Source: Escherichia phage EAWsc9
DNA: 64,000 nucleotides
Sequence record: PQ341120.1
Reading direction: 5' to 3' (one strand)
Shown here: positions 20,177-30,713 of the stretch, piece after piece
Position numbering within the stretch: position 1 is the stretch's first letter
Layout: each line of letters starts with the position of its first letter
Notes under the pieces: generated by a model
Seen by the model: the letters and a program-made list of their open reading frames with translations, nothing else
The model's database searches: none
Told to the model about the DNA's origin: nothing
Position numbers and translations under genes: made by a program

Positions 20177-20929
20177 ATGGCCAATATCGTAAGATGTGAA
20201 ATGCCAGACGGAGTTCATCGTTTCAAACCGTTTACAGTCGCTGATTACCGTGATTTACTGCTTGTGCGAAACGACATGAACAACAAACCCGTCGAAGAAC
20301 AAAAACAATTATTAGACGAACTGTTGGAAGATTATTTTGGAGAGTATCCAAAAGCATGGAGGCCTTACATATTCCTGAAGGTATTCACTTCCTCTATCGG
20401 TAAGACAAAAGTCCCGGTAGCGTTTGAATGTCAAAAATGTAAAAAGACAAAGCAGACTTTGTTTAATATGAGCCAAGGTCCATTGACAAATCCAACAATG
20501 GAAACCGCGGGGATAAAAATACAATTTAAGTTCCCTGAAGTGGAATATAAAGATAAGTCAGAGCTTGTCTTGAATACCATTCAGACCGTCGAAGACTCGG
20601 AACAAAAATACAATTGGGAAGACCTTCCCGAAGAAACAAAGATGCAAGTTATCGATGCAATTGATATAGAGAGCCTCGAAGAGCTTCTTAAGAAAATGCA
20701 TTCGGTTTATATTCCATTTACATATGGTTGCTGCGAAAAACACAAAACCGAATATACAGACTTGATTGATGTCTTTAAGCTTATCCTTAACCCGGATGAA
20801 GTCTTTGTATTTTATCAAATTAACCACTTACTGGTAAAGAATCAATATACACTGGATAGCATCATGCACATGATTCCTATCGAACGAGGTATTGCTTTAT
20901 CGTTAGTTGAGAAGGACTTGAAGAAATGA
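20177..20929 (+). CDS. 51: Baseplate hub assembly protein, 250 aa
   Basis: Synteny, divergent from gene 26; size as T4 gp51; TATAAATA about 25 nt upstream. Confidence 0.9.
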   Translation: MANIVRCEMPDGVHRFKPFTVADYRDLLLVRNDMNNKPVEEQKQLLDELLEDYFGEYPKAWRPYIFLKVFTSSIGKTKVPVAFECQKCKKTKQTLFNMSQGPLTNPTMETAGIKIQFKFPEVEYKDKSELVLNTIQTVEDSEQKYNWEDLPEETKMQVIDAIDIESLEELLKKMHSVYIPFTYGCCEKHKTEYTDLIDVFKLILNPDEVFVFYQINHLLVKNQYTLDSIMHMIPIERGIALSLVEKDLKK

Positions 20930-22095
20930 CAGCTAAATCTATGCAGCGTGAAGGCTTTCCTAATATCAGTATACGCCTTTACGAAGATTATGATGCCTGG
21001 CTCGAACACCGTTTTGTAGAACTGGCTGCGACATTTACAACCATGACCATGCGTGATTCCCTTTACGGAAGAAACGAAGGTCTATTGCAATTCTACGACA
21101 CAAAGAACTTACATACAAAAATGAACGGTGAACAAATTATACAAGTCTCCGTTAAGAATGCCAACTCAGACCGAACCCAATCCAGAATATATGGAAGCAA
21201 ACACTTTGCAGTTTCTGTGGATTCAAAAGGCGATAATATAATTACAATTCAGCTGGCTCCTATTCACGAAATTGAAGACCTGAAATTTAGTCGTATGTTT
21301 TACCCGAGTGTACAGGAAACATTAGTCGAAATGACCGGGGTAATTTATCAGGATAGACCGTTGCTTTCTCCACCAATAAACGGCATAAACGTTTATGCTC
21401 CTAACGTTCCATGGTGTGATTCGATGAACCGATATATGGAATTCATAAGGGAAGTTGGTCTGGCAGTAGAAACTGATAAATTTGTTTTTGTATGGGAAGA
21501 TATTGATGGAATAAGTATCCAGGATTATGAATGGTTAACATCACAAGAGCCAATTAATTTCGTGGTGGGTGAACCTCGATTGGTTGGTCAGTTTGTACAA
21601 AACCTCGAGACTCCATTGGCCTTCGATTTTGAATGGTTAACAAAGGCGAACCAACACACAAGAAAACCATACGAAAACGCAACCGTGTATGCACATTCAT
21701 TCCTTGACAAGAACGCAACCAGAATAACTTTTGGGGAAGGACAAAACAGCATTCTGGTATCTCGTTCAGGCGGCTATTCGGATTATACATACCGAAACGG
21801 TTTCGAAGAAGCGCAACGATTAATAACCATGTCTCAATATGATGGTTACGCGCATTGCAAAACATACGGGAACTTTGAATTAACCCCGGGTGATAAGATA
21901 AATTTCTATGACCCGAAGAACCAATTCAAATATGATTTTTACGTAGACGAAGTTATTCATGAAGTGAGTAACAATACATCAATTACAAACCTCTATATGT
22001 TTACCAATGGTAAGCCTATTGAAGTTGAAGAGCCACCAAAGGTTAAAAATGAACTTAAAACTGATTCTGCCGACGAAGAAAATACAGCTGGGTGA
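20926..22095 (+). CDS. 27: Baseplate hub protein, 389 aa
   Basis: Size and position match T4 gp27; ATGA overlap with gene 51. Confidence 0.93.
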   Translation: MTAKSMQREGFPNISIRLYEDYDAWLEHRFVELAATFTTMTMRDSLYGRNEGLLQFYDTKNLHTKMNGEQIIQVSVKNANSDRTQSRIYGSKHFAVSVDSKGDNIITIQLAPIHEIEDLKFSRMFYPSVQETLVEMTGVIYQDRPLLSPPINGINVYAPNVPWCDSMNRYMEFIREVGLAVETDKFVFVWEDIDGISIQDYEWLTSQEPINFVVGEPRLVGQFVQNLETPLAFDFEWLTKANQHTRKPYENATVYAHSFLDKNATRITFGEGQNSILVSRSGGYSDYTYRNGFEEAQRLITMSQYDGYAHCKTYGNFELTPGDKINFYDPKNQFKYDFYVDEVIHEVSNNTSITNLYMFTNGKPIEVEEPPKVKNELKTDSADEENTAG

Positions 22096-22567
22096 TAAAG
22101 AGATTCACATTCCTAAGCTGGGTCTTAAACATCACAATCTGATTAAAAACGAACCTAACCCATACGCTGCATTAAGAAAGATTATGCAATCGATATTCCC
22201 TAATCTTACAGCAGCTGAATCCGACTTTGTATCTTTACATCTTCTGGAATTTAATGGTAAGCTAAAAGACAAACGTGAGATTGATGGGTTTACGTATAAG
22301 CTGGATGATGTTTATATCTGTCAGCGCCTTGAATTCTCTTATCAAGGAAAAACATTTAAATTCCGCTCTAATAAACCGTATGAAGAATTCGGACCAGTTG
22401 ACAATCTTCTGGAGACTCTTTATCTCGGGGAAGACGTTCCAGACTTTCTGGATATGCCTGCTTTTGTCGCTAAGTGGGCAGACGATATCACAAGCACATT
22501 GGCAATCCCGGGACCGAATGGTCCTGTTAAGGGGTTACTGAAAATAATGGAACTCCTAAATGAATAA
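22049..22567 (+). CDS. 28: Baseplate hub distal subunit, about 172 aa
   Basis: Internal ATG ([11 protein letters not shown]...) chosen; overlaps the 3' end of gene 27 in another frame. Confidence 0.8.
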   Translation: MNLKLILPTKKIQLGDKEIHIPKLGLKHHNLIKNEPNPYAALRKIMQSIFPNLTAAESDFVSLHLLEFNGKLKDKREIDGFTYKLDDVYICQRLEFSYQGKTFKFRSNKPYEEFGPVDNLLETLYLGEDVPDFLDMPAFVAKWADDITSTLAIPGPNGPVKGLLKIMELLNE

Positions 22568-24305
22568 GAACTCCGAACAAACGAGCTTCAGACGCGGTGG
22601 ACCGAATAAAAAGCTTATCGAAGAATTAGCACCACAAAGGAGGGCGGAAGCCCTCTCTGCTGAACAGAATGATGAATTATCGAATCTGAATACAACTCTT
22701 ACAAATACTCAGGCTGCAACCGAACTTGTGTCGGAAGCTATTGAGGATAAGGGTAATCAGATTATCGAGAATATCCAAACCAATAATGGAGTCCTCCAGG
22801 ATATCAGTGCTGGGGTCGAACTGACGGCCGAAGCCACCGAGAAGACTCAACAAGGGATTAAAAACCTCACGGATATTCTCTCGGATAAACTCGACAAACT
22901 CAGTGCAATGATAAGCGGTAAACTAGGCGTCACGTCTCCTGTGGCTGGTTCTGAAAGCCTTAAACCTGTGGAGGATGCATTACCAGAGCCTGAAGAGAAT
23001 AAGCCCACAGCGAGCGTTCCAGAGCTCATACCACCTGAAGAACAAAAGCCAGACGCAGACTTCATTCCAGAACCAGAACAACCAAAAAACGATGCAGAAG
23101 GCAAAGAGACTAATACCTGGTCACTTGGCGATAAGCTTGACACCCTTTCGAAGATAACCGAAAAAGGATTTAAGGCATCGATTTCTGTTGCTGACCGAAT
23201 CTCCGGGATGTTGTTCAAATACACAATTACGGCCGCTGCTGAAGCAGCCAAGCTTATTGGTGGATTATTGCTGTTGGTATTTGGTATCGATGCGATACGA
23301 GTTTATTTTCAATATTTCATGAAGCAATTCGAAAAAGGATGGGCCGAATTTAATGACAAGTTCAAAGAATGGGGACCGTTACTCGAAGGACTAATGACTT
23401 GGGCTAAGAATGCTGAAGCGATGTTTAGTGAAAGGAACTGGTTGGGATTAGCTGAAGCTATTATCCGTGGGATGGTTAACTTAACGAAGAACATGGCTCA
23501 ACTTCTTATGCTTGGGATTTCGAAACTGATTTCAGCTATCTTAAGCAAAATCCCTGGGATGGGCGATTTAGCGGATAATGTGGAAGCTTCGGCTTTGATG
23601 TCTTATCAGCAAAATACAGGGGCAACTCTGGATGATGAAGACCAAACCAAGATAGCAAAATATCATGACAAACGTTCGGCTGAAGCAATGAAAGCTGCAG
23701 AGAAGATGAATAAGAAGTATAAGGATAAACCTGAACTAATTAATCAAGCCGAAAAATATGGTAACCTTACCAAGGAACAAGCTGACCAACTTCGCGCGGG
23801 TGGTATTGACACAAGCTTCAGAGACCTTCCAGAAGAAGAACGTCTGGACTATTTCAAGAAGCGTGACAAAGCACAGGCTGATATTATTCGTTTGACCCAA
23901 ACTGCTGACAACCTAATGAAGCCGGATGCGACCGATAAAAAGAATGCGCTGGAAATGAGAGCTAACATTGAAAAACAATTAGCTGACCCTGCTATGGCAA
24001 AAGGTGGAGCTCCGAAAGACTTGAATATGCGTGCTCTCCTGGAAAAACTTGATAAGTCTCTTGAGAAGTTCAAAGATGAACCGAAGGTTAAACCGCCAGA
24101 CATTAAGACTTCTCCGGATGCGCAACAAGCCGCGAAGGTTGATGAAGGCATGAAGGCCAAAGAAAATAAATACAAGGATGCACCGGCCCAGGCCCAAATT
24201 AACACAGTCAATAATATTCAGAAGACTTCCAGGACGCAATACAATATGCCTCCCCAAAGTTCAACCCCTGCCCCTGGCATGAGACAGGCTACGAGAATTA
24301 ACTAA
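22560..24305 (+). CDS. 29: Baseplate hub subunit / tail length determinator, 581 aa
   Basis: Size and synteny with T4 gp29. Confidence 0.92.
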   Translation: MNKNSEQTSFRRGGPNKKLIEELAPQRRAEALSAEQNDELSNLNTTLTNTQAATELVSEAIEDKGNQIIENIQTNNGVLQDISAGVELTAEATEKTQQGIKNLTDILSDKLDKLSAMISGKLGVTSPVAGSESLKPVEDALPEPEENKPTASVPELIPPEEQKPDADFIPEPEQPKNDAEGKETNTWSLGDKLDTLSKITEKGFKASISVADRISGMLFKYTITAAAEAAKLIGGLLLLVFGIDAIRVYFQYFMKQFEKGWAEFNDKFKEWGPLLEGLMTWAKNAEAMFSERNWLGLAEAIIRGMVNLTKNMAQLLMLGISKLISAILSKIPGMGDLADNVEASALMSYQQNTGATLDDEDQTKIAKYHDKRSAEAMKAAEKMNKKYKDKPELINQAEKYGNLTKEQADQLRAGGIDTSFRDLPEEERLDYFKKRDKAQADIIRLTQTADNLMKPDATDKKNALEMRANIEKQLADPAMAKGGAPKDLNMRALLEKLDKSLEKFKDEPKVKPPDIKTSPDAQQAAKVDEGMKAKENKYKDAPAQAQINTVNNIQKTSRTQYNMPPQSSTPAPGMRQATRIN

Positions 24306-24313
24306 GGAATAAT

Positions 24314-25408
24314 ATGAAAGTAAAAGAACTCGATATTGATATTGCGGGTTTGTTTAACGGAGGTTCTAAGACCTCCGCGGGGCAGTCAAAAGCTGCCCCG
24401 ACTCAAGCTACTATTGTGGCGCAATATCCAGCAGAACGAGCTTCCGGTAATGATTCTTCAGATGATATGCGAGTTAATGACCTTTATAAAAATGGTCTGT
24501 TATTCACGGCATACAATTTCAGTTCAAGAACATCTCCGGAATTACGCTCAGATAGGTCAAGCCAATTGACTTCATTAAAGAACGTTTCAAATGGTGCTTC
24601 ATTTAACCCGGTTAAAAGTTTAACATCTTTTGCTAAATCGAAATTAACCGGGGCTGGCTCAACAGGTAAAAGTTTTGATTCAAATGCTGTTGCAAATATC
24701 CTGTTGCCTCGTTCGAAGTCTGATGTAGAATCCGTGTCGCATCGATTCAATGATGTTGGTGAATCTCTTATTACGAAAGGGGGTGGCTCAGCCACTGGTA
24801 TTCTTAGTAACATTGCATCGACTGCAGTTTTCGGCGCACTCGAATCAGTTACAAACGGTGTAATGGCCGACCACGGTGAACAGATTTACACAACCGCACG
24901 AAGCATGTATGCTGGTCCGGATAACAGGACAAAAGTTTATACCTGGGAAATGACTCCACGTTCGGCCCAGGACTTAATCCAGATAGTGAAGATATACGAG
25001 ATTTTTAACTATTACTCCTATGGGGAAACCGGTAAAAGTTCGTTTGCTTCCGAGCTGAAAGAAAAAATCGATACATGGTATAAATCCACCTTCAAAAAGG
25101 AAGCAATCGATAACTTTGACGGCAAGTTGCTCGGTGAAGAGATAACAAGCTTCCTAACGAACGTTCTGGTGGTCTCTAACCCTACTATCTGGTATATCCG
25201 CAACTTCGGTGATACAAGCTCGTACGATGGTCGTGGGGAGCTATTTGGGCCATGTCAGATTCAGAGCATAAGATTTGATAAATCTCCGGATGGTCATTTC
25301 GGCGGATTAGCTATTGCTCCTAACCTGCCATCGACTTTTGTACTTGAAATCACTTTCCGTGAAATCATTACGCTTAACCGTGGCTCGTTATATGCGGAGG
25401 GTTTCTAA
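24314..25408 (+). CDS. 48: Baseplate tail tube cap, 364 aa
   Basis: Same length as T4 gp48; synteny. Confidence 0.92.
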   Translation: MKVKELDIDIAGLFNGGSKTSAGQSKAAPTQATIVAQYPAERASGNDSSDDMRVNDLYKNGLLFTAYNFSSRTSPELRSDRSSQLTSLKNVSNGASFNPVKSLTSFAKSKLTGAGSTGKSFDSNAVANILLPRSKSDVESVSHRFNDVGESLITKGGGSATGILSNIASTAVFGALESVTNGVMADHGEQIYTTARSMYAGPDNRTKVYTWEMTPRSAQDLIQIVKIYEIFNYYSYGETGKSSFASELKEKIDTWYKSTFKKEAIDNFDGKLLGEEITSFLTNVLVVSNPTIWYIRNFGDTSSYDGRGELFGPCQIQSIRFDKSPDGHFGGLAIAPNLPSTFVLEITFREIITLNRGSLYAEGF

Positions 25409-26367
25409 TGTTTACTTTACAAGAATTCCAAACGCAGGCGATTAATATCGACTTACAAAGGAATAACCTTTTTAGTGTGGTCTTCGCGACCACACCTTCC
25501 TCCAAATCTCAGAATCTTCTGGACCAGTTTGGTGGCGCATTATTCAGCAACCTTCCTGTTAACTCAGATTGGTTTGGTTTAACGCAAGGCGACTTAACTC
25601 AAGGGATAACAACTCTTGTTACTGCTGGGACACAAAAGCTTATTCGCAAATCAGGGATAAGCAAATATCTTATCGGGGCAATGAGTAACCGTGTTGTGCA
25701 ATCATTATTGGGGGAATTCGAGGTTGGTACTTACCTGCTTGATTTCTTTAATATGGCCTATCCAACGGCTGGTCTATTGGTCCACTCTGTTAAGCTTCCG
25801 GATAACACGTTGAACTACGAAATGGACCTCAACCATAACGCACCAAATATCAAGATAACAGGAAGAGAATATTCTCCATTGGTATTGAGCTTTAGAATGG
25901 ATTCAGAGGCAGGGAACTACAGAGCATTTAACGATTGGGTTAACTCTGTGCAAGACCCAGTTACCCAGCTAAGGGCCTTGCCTGAAGACGTTGAAGCTGA
26001 TATTCAGGTTAACCTTCACTCACGTAATGGATTGCCACATACGGTTGTTATGCTAACTGGTTGTGTTCCTGTAAGTGTATCAGCGCCTGAATTGAGTTAT
26101 GAAGGGGATAATCAGATAGCTACATTTGATGTGACTTTTGCTTATCGCGTTATGTCAACTGGTGCGGTGGGAAGAGCTGCTGCATTGGAATGGTTGGAAG
26201 ATAAGGTCATTAAGGGTGTATCTGGTATTAGTTCAGATAACAACTTGAACGCAGAAGTTGCCAAATTGAGTCGCTTATCTGGTGCTCAATCTGGATTAAC
26301 AAGTCTGTACAATACGTTCACTGGTTCTGGGAGAACAATCTCCGGTGGAAGTCAACGTATATTATAA
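25408..26367 (+). CDS. 54: Baseplate tail tube initiator, 319 aa
   Basis: Size and synteny with T4 gp54; TAATG overlap with gene 48; terminator follows. Confidence 0.92.
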   Translation: MFTLQEFQTQAINIDLQRNNLFSVVFATTPSSKSQNLLDQFGGALFSNLPVNSDWFGLTQGDLTQGITTLVTAGTQKLIRKSGISKYLIGAMSNRVVQSLLGEFEVGTYLLDFFNMAYPTAGLLVHSVKLPDNTLNYEMDLNHNAPNIKITGREYSPLVLSFRMDSEAGNYRAFNDWVNSVQDPVTQLRALPEDVEADIQVNLHSRNGLPHTVVMLTGCVPVSVSAPELSYEGDNQIATFDVTFAYRVMSTGAVGRAAALEWLEDKVIKGVSGISSDNNLNAEVAKLSRLSGAQSGLTSLYNTFTGSGRTISGGSQRIL

Positions 26368-26373
26368 AAAGAA

Positions 26374-26400
26374 AGGGACCCGAAGGTCCCTTTTTTATTT
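26374..26400. terminator. Bidirectional terminator after gene 54
   Basis: GGGACC-CGAA-GGTCCC followed by TTTTTTATTT. Confidence 0.75.
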
Positions 26401-26685
26401 GCGGAATGAAATGAAACCTGCTGCAGTCATTACAGCTTCTTTCTTAGCAAAGACTGTAATTGCAATTGGTGCTTCAGATTCAAGTTGTCCAGTTACTACA
26501 CCATTAAAAATATTTTCTGTTTGTTCAGAATTTACAAAGTTTTCAACAGGGCGAAGGTCAAACTTCTTATCTTCACCAAATACACGGCGCAATTCATTAC
26601 CCACCGCGCTGTCAAACTCTTCTGAAGCCGGGATAACATTCTCAACTACCAGTTCCTGACCGTTAAAGCGAAAAGATGATTTCAT
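26395..26685 (-). CDS. Hypothetical protein, about 96 aa
   Basis: Second ATG used (first ATG overlaps the -10 of its early promoter); GAGGA RBS; T4 alt.-x region. Confidence 0.6.
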   Translation of the reverse strand: MKSSFRFNGQELVVENVIPASEEFDSAVGNELRRVFGEDKKFDLRPVENFVNSEQTENIFNGVVTGQLESEAPIAITVFAKKEAVMTAAGFISFRK

Positions 26686-26716
26686 TTTGTTTTCCTCATG
26701 TGCAATTGATATGAAC

Positions 26717-26745
26717 ATTGTATCGCACTTCCTTGTGCTTGTAAA
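26717..26745 (-). promoter_or_regulatory. Early promoter upstream of the 26395..26685 gene
   Basis: TTTACA, 17 nt, TACAAT; leader ATCAATTGCACATGAGGAAAACAAAATG. Confidence 0.45.
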
Positions 26746-26748
26746 CCC

Positions 26749-28809
26749 CTATGAAAGGAATTTAGGAGGAATAGCTTCCAAATTAATACAATTAGCAAGA
26801 ATACCAAGACCTTGATTGACTTTCTTCGTTACCCCAGAGGATGCAAACGATGCAAAGTCAACAGATTCTACTGGCTCTTCTGTTTCCTCGCCCTGATAAA
26901 CGACAAGCTCACCAGTTTCCATCAACACATCACCATCATAGATAACTGCATTTTCATCCAGTTGGTCCGTAGTCTGGATATCAGCTTCCAGCATTTTGAC
27001 GTTCGCGTTTCCTTGATACGAAGCATCAGTAATTTTGGTAATCTTAACTACAGTCCCACGAGGAAGAATAACTTCCTGCTCGGATGGGTTGCCTGACAAT
27101 TCCCCAGGAACAATTACGTTAATTAAGTCCGCTCCAGAAATTTTCCAACCAACATGCATCATTACGTGTTCGCGGCGTGCTTCCGGCATATCTGGTAAAA
27201 CAATTTCGTCATCAGCCTGGAAAGATGTCCCATCACGATAGTCCTGATGAACTGCAGCCATAGCAACGTTCGCCACCCAGCCACCAAAGATAATCGGTTT
27301 AAACGACGTTGATACATAGTTCCTGAAATAAAATAATTTAGATTTCTTAATTTTATCAAATGTAGGAACGTTTAAATATTGACCACGCCAAAGAGTTGTA
27401 TTAGGTGGCAACTTATGTCCAATTTCAAAGGCCGAATCCAATTCCTTAATTGTTTCGACAACTCTGTCTAGATTTAGGAATTCAGCTTCTTCTTCATAAT
27501 ATTTGCCCATCAAATAATTATTAATATCGGCATAGTTTGCTCCACAATAATCTGCAATTGCTTCTCGCTGACCATAATGGAAACGGTTGTCAGTATACCC
27601 TGCTGTGAAATTAAGAGTATTTTCTGATGCTTCTTCAGCAAAGTCTTTAACTGCAACACGAATGGCGCTTGTGTATTCTTTTTCCCAGAGCGAGGCTGCA
27701 TAAGTGGCTGCATCCACATTAGGAGGAGCATCATTCATTTTTCTTTCGATAAATGCGGCTTTGCGAAGGTTAAGAATCTCTGCGCATGATTCGGCAAAAA
27801 TCTGCATCTGCTTCATACTACCAACTGGAGCACGTTTAAGTTCGCGATGCATACGGTTAAAAATTGGGTCAGAGTCTTCAACACGAATTTCTTCTTTCCA
27901 AACACCATTTGCACGCATAGCCGTATCTGCTGCGCGCATACGAGCCATAGTATTTGTTTCGGAAGGTCGAACAAAAATTTCCAGTTCTTCATAATCATCG
28001 ATAAGTTCTGCCGTAGCCGGTCGACTAAACTTAGCAGCTTCTGCATCGATTTCGTCCCAACCTTCTGGCACGGAATCACTTGGAGCGTACTGGGCTTGTG
28101 CAATAGCTCGGCGACTGATTTTAGTTTTCTGGGCAACAGCAGCATCGGTCTTTTTGTTTGCTGCGTCAATCAGAATCTCGGCTGCAATTTCTTGTTTGGA
28201 TACTTGTGCACCATTATCTTTATTGGTGAATACATCACCAACTTTAGTTTCGACTTTTTTATATTTCTCAGGGACTGGTGGCATACCATCGACTGAAAGC
28301 AGGTCAACACCCCTTTTGTACATAATTACATAAGCGTTCTTTTTACCAAGGCCAGAAGCATTCGGAAGAACATGATAACGTCCGCTGGTTTTCATTTGAA
28401 TCAGTCGATTCATAATACGAATAATAGCTTGGTCTTGTCCTTTCATCTTTTTGGATGGGAAACGGAACAAGACTACATCAGGTTTGCCTAGTTTAATGCT
28501 TTCCCAGACTGTAGTAAAAATCAAGTTAATTGCATCAAGAGGTTTTTCACCTAAACCACCCTTCAGAGGAACAGCATGACCGTGTGAAGTTCCGGATAAC
28601 AGGAATACCTCGGCAATTGCATCGCCGCGTTTATATTGTTTAACTGTTTCTTTGCCCGTGAATTGCATCAAACGAGCCATAAGAGAATTGGTCCCAGGAA
28701 CACCAAATTGCCAAACCTGTGGGACCTTGTATTTTGGATTCATATTAATGACAGGATAACCGAAGGTTTCGATATATTTGTCAAAGAGTTCATTTAATTG
28801 TTCAGACAT
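26749..28809 (-). CDS. alt: Alt ADP-ribosyltransferase (virion-packaged), 686 aa
   Basis: Size and position match T4 Alt (682 aa); minus-strand TATAAATA late promoter about 25 nt upstream; AGGA RBS. Confidence 0.93.
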   Translation of the reverse strand: MSEQLNELFDKYIETFGYPVINMNPKYKVPQVWQFGVPGTNSLMARLMQFTGKETVKQYKRGDAIAEVFLLSGTSHGHAVPLKGGLGEKPLDAINLIFTTVWESIKLGKPDVVLFRFPSKKMKGQDQAIIRIMNRLIQMKTSGRYHVLPNASGLGKKNAYVIMYKRGVDLLSVDGMPPVPEKYKKVETKVGDVFTNKDNGAQVSKQEIAAEILIDAANKKTDAAVAQKTKISRRAIAQAQYAPSDSVPEGWDEIDAEAAKFSRPATAELIDDYEELEIFVRPSETNTMARMRAADTAMRANGVWKEEIRVEDSDPIFNRMHRELKRAPVGSMKQMQIFAESCAEILNLRKAAFIERKMNDAPPNVDAATYAASLWEKEYTSAIRVAVKDFAEEASENTLNFTAGYTDNRFHYGQREAIADYCGANYADINNYLMGKYYEEEAEFLNLDRVVETIKELDSAFEIGHKLPPNTTLWRGQYLNVPTFDKIKKSKLFYFRNYVSTSFKPIIFGGWVANVAMAAVHQDYRDGTSFQADDEIVLPDMPEARREHVMMHVGWKISGADLINVIVPGELSGNPSEQEVILPRGTVVKITKITDASYQGNANVKMLEADIQTTDQLDENAVIYDGDVLMETGELVVYQGEETEEPVESVDFASFASSGVTKKVNQGLGILANCINLEAIPPKFLS

Positions 28810-28834
28810 AATAGGTTCCTTATAAAATATGATG

Positions 28835-28842
28835 TATTTATA
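28835..28842 (-). promoter_or_regulatory. Late promoter TATAAATA (minus strand) for alt
   Basis: Reverse-complement TATAAATA about 25 nt upstream of the alt ATG. Confidence 0.55.
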
Positions 28843-28843
28843 C

Positions 28844-28875
28844 TAAAAAAGGGCCGAAGCCCTTTTGTTATTTTA
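28844..28875 (-). terminator. Terminator after the DNA ligase gene
   Basis: GGGCTTCGGCCC followed by TTTTTT on the minus strand, immediately before the alt late promoter. Confidence 0.65.
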
Positions 28876-30424
28876 ACCCGGTCTTTGACCAGTCGCCAAA
28901 TACATCTTCGAATGTGTCTGCATGGTCTTTATCGAAACGGAACCCTTTAATAATCGGCAGGAACAATGCAACCGTATTATCTTTACGAGTCTCGGAAGTC
29001 AACCAACCATTGCATTCACAGTCGGCAATCATTCCAACCAATTCACCTTTACGTGCTTTAACCATCAAGGCTTCACGGTCCATTTCATGACGCTCCTCAA
29101 TCGGAATAGTAACCCATTTTTTGGTTTTCTTATCTTTGACTTGAGTTGTGTCTTTAAAACCAGAACCACAGTTATTTGTAATCTTACCACAAGAAGAACG
29201 AAGCACCACACCGCCAATCTTATTCGGGTCTTTATCGTGCTCGTAATATCCAATGATTTCCATTGCAATATCAATTACTTCTTTGAACTTATATAGGTTC
29301 TTTGAGCGCTTGTTTTCCCAAATCGATGCCATATTTTTAAGGATAATACCTTCAAGGCCTTCATCTACATATTTCTTATAGATAACCTTCGCTTCATCGA
29401 GATTGTTAACAACATGGTTTTCAATCAGAATCATGCGGTCGAAACCATGCAGCACCACGTTATCTGCAATCATCTTTTCCAGAACAGCAAAACGCACATC
29501 GTATTTCAACGGATTGAGAATCTTAACATCAGAATAGACTTCAATCAGTGGAACATAATCCCAAACCTGGAATTTCATACAAGAAGCTTCTGCTGCAGAA
29601 ATAGTTCCTTTCAATGATTTGTTTGCCATGCCATTTGAAAAGGTTCTTGATTCTGCAAATTCTTTTGCTTTGCTATCGGCAAATTCTTTTGCCTTGCTAA
29701 GCTTAGGCATATCGTCAAAAAGGAAGCCCAAACCGTCATTCTGGGGAGCTACTTTCTGTTCATGGTATACTAACTCGCCATCAATTAAAACGCCCTCAGG
29801 ATGTCTCTCGCGCGCTTCACGGGTAGCTTCAATCAATTCCTTTTTAAGGAGGTCAAGCTTAAGGTATTCGTTACCAGCTCGGGATAGCAATCGAACATCA
29901 TCCAACTCATCGCCACGAACTTCTGCAAAACACCGAGCACCATCGGCTTTCAATTGTGCAAATGCCGGGAACTTAATGTTCTTAGCAATACCAGCTTCAT
30001 CATAAGAAGAAGCGAGCATCTGCGGTTGTTCAGGAATTAAACCTTTCCAAACCTTATTTGCAATTGATACAGACGCACCACATTCCAGGTCACGCATCAT
30101 CACACGCCGCAAGACTTCAACATCGGCCTTTTTGCCATCTGCAATATAACCAGATAATTCCTCGATTGCCGCATTACCTGTTAATTTGCGAGAGGCTAAT
30201 GTGAATTCGATAAAGTCAAGCATATCATCGATATTCAACATGCCAAAGCTTTGAGTCGTTGCCCCAGGTTTTGGCCATTTCTTTATATAGAACTGGATGC
30301 CTTTGGAATATGTCAAACGATACACGCGTTTAAGGGTTTCATTATCAGAATACGATTCCAAGATAGCTTGTTTCTCTTTAGTAGAATCGGTTGCAGCAAT
30401 TTCATTTAAAATATCTAAAATCAT
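28868..30424 (-). CDS. 30: ATP-dependent DNA ligase, 518 aa
   Basis: MIL.ILNEIA...KQKQAILE, FAQLKADGARCF (KxDG adenylation motif) as in T4 ligase; AAGAGGTGA RBS. Confidence 0.96.
   Translation of the reverse strand: MILDILNEIAATDSTKEKQAILESYSDNETLKRVYRLTYSKGIQFYIKKWPKPGATTQSFGMLNIDDMLDFIEFTLASRKLTGNAAIEELSGYIADGKKADVEVLRRVMMRDLECGASVSIANKVWKGLIPEQPQMLASSYDEAGIAKNIKFPAFAQLKADGARCFAEVRGDELDDVRLLSRAGNEYLKLDLLKKELIEATREARERHPEGVLIDGELVYHEQKVAPQNDGLGFLFDDMPKLSKAKEFADSKAKEFAESRTFSNGMANKSLKGTISAAEASCMKFQVWDYVPLIEVYSDVKILNPLKYDVRFAVLEKMIADNVVLHGFDRMILIENHVVNNLDEAKVIYKKYVDEGLEGIILKNMASIWENKRSKNLYKFKEVIDIAMEIIGYYEHDKDPNKIGGVVLRSSCGKITNNCGSGFKDTTQVKDKKTKKWVTIPIEERHEMDREALMVKARKGELVGMIADCECNGWLTSETRKDNTVALFLPIIKGFRFDKDHADTFEDVFGDWSKTGLK
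29641..29690. repeat. Imperfect 24-bp tandem duplication inside the DNA ligase gene
   Basis: GCAAATTCTTTTGC(T/C)TTGCTA repeated; encodes KAKEFADS-KAKEFAES. Confidence 0.6.
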
Positions 30425-30434
30425 TAATCACCTC

Positions 30435-30713
30435 TTAGTCGTTGACTCTATTATATGCCACGTCTTCCAAAAGCAAATCCAGCCGCTTATGATAAGTGAA
30501 CACAAATTTAGTTGCCCCGTCTGGTTTCATTTTGGTCATGAAGTGAATATAGATAAATCCTTGCTCAACGCATTCACGCCAAACGGGGTTATCTTTAGCC
30601 GGATTAATATCAAACGAGTAATTATGATTCACATGACGAATAAACTGATTAACATGACCGTAATCCATCGTGGTAGTTGGACCACGGTCAGAAATAGTAT
30701 GAACGACAAACAT
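30435..30713 (-). CDS. Hypothetical protein, about 92 aa
   Basis: ATG one codon inside the TTG-initiated track ORF; overlaps the upstream stop (TGATG); T4 30.x region. Confidence 0.6.
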   Translation of the reverse strand: MFVVHTISDRGPTTTMDYGHVNQFIRHVNHNYSFDINPAKDNPVWRECVEQGFIYIHFMTKMKPDGATKFVFTYHKRLDLLLEDVAYNRVND

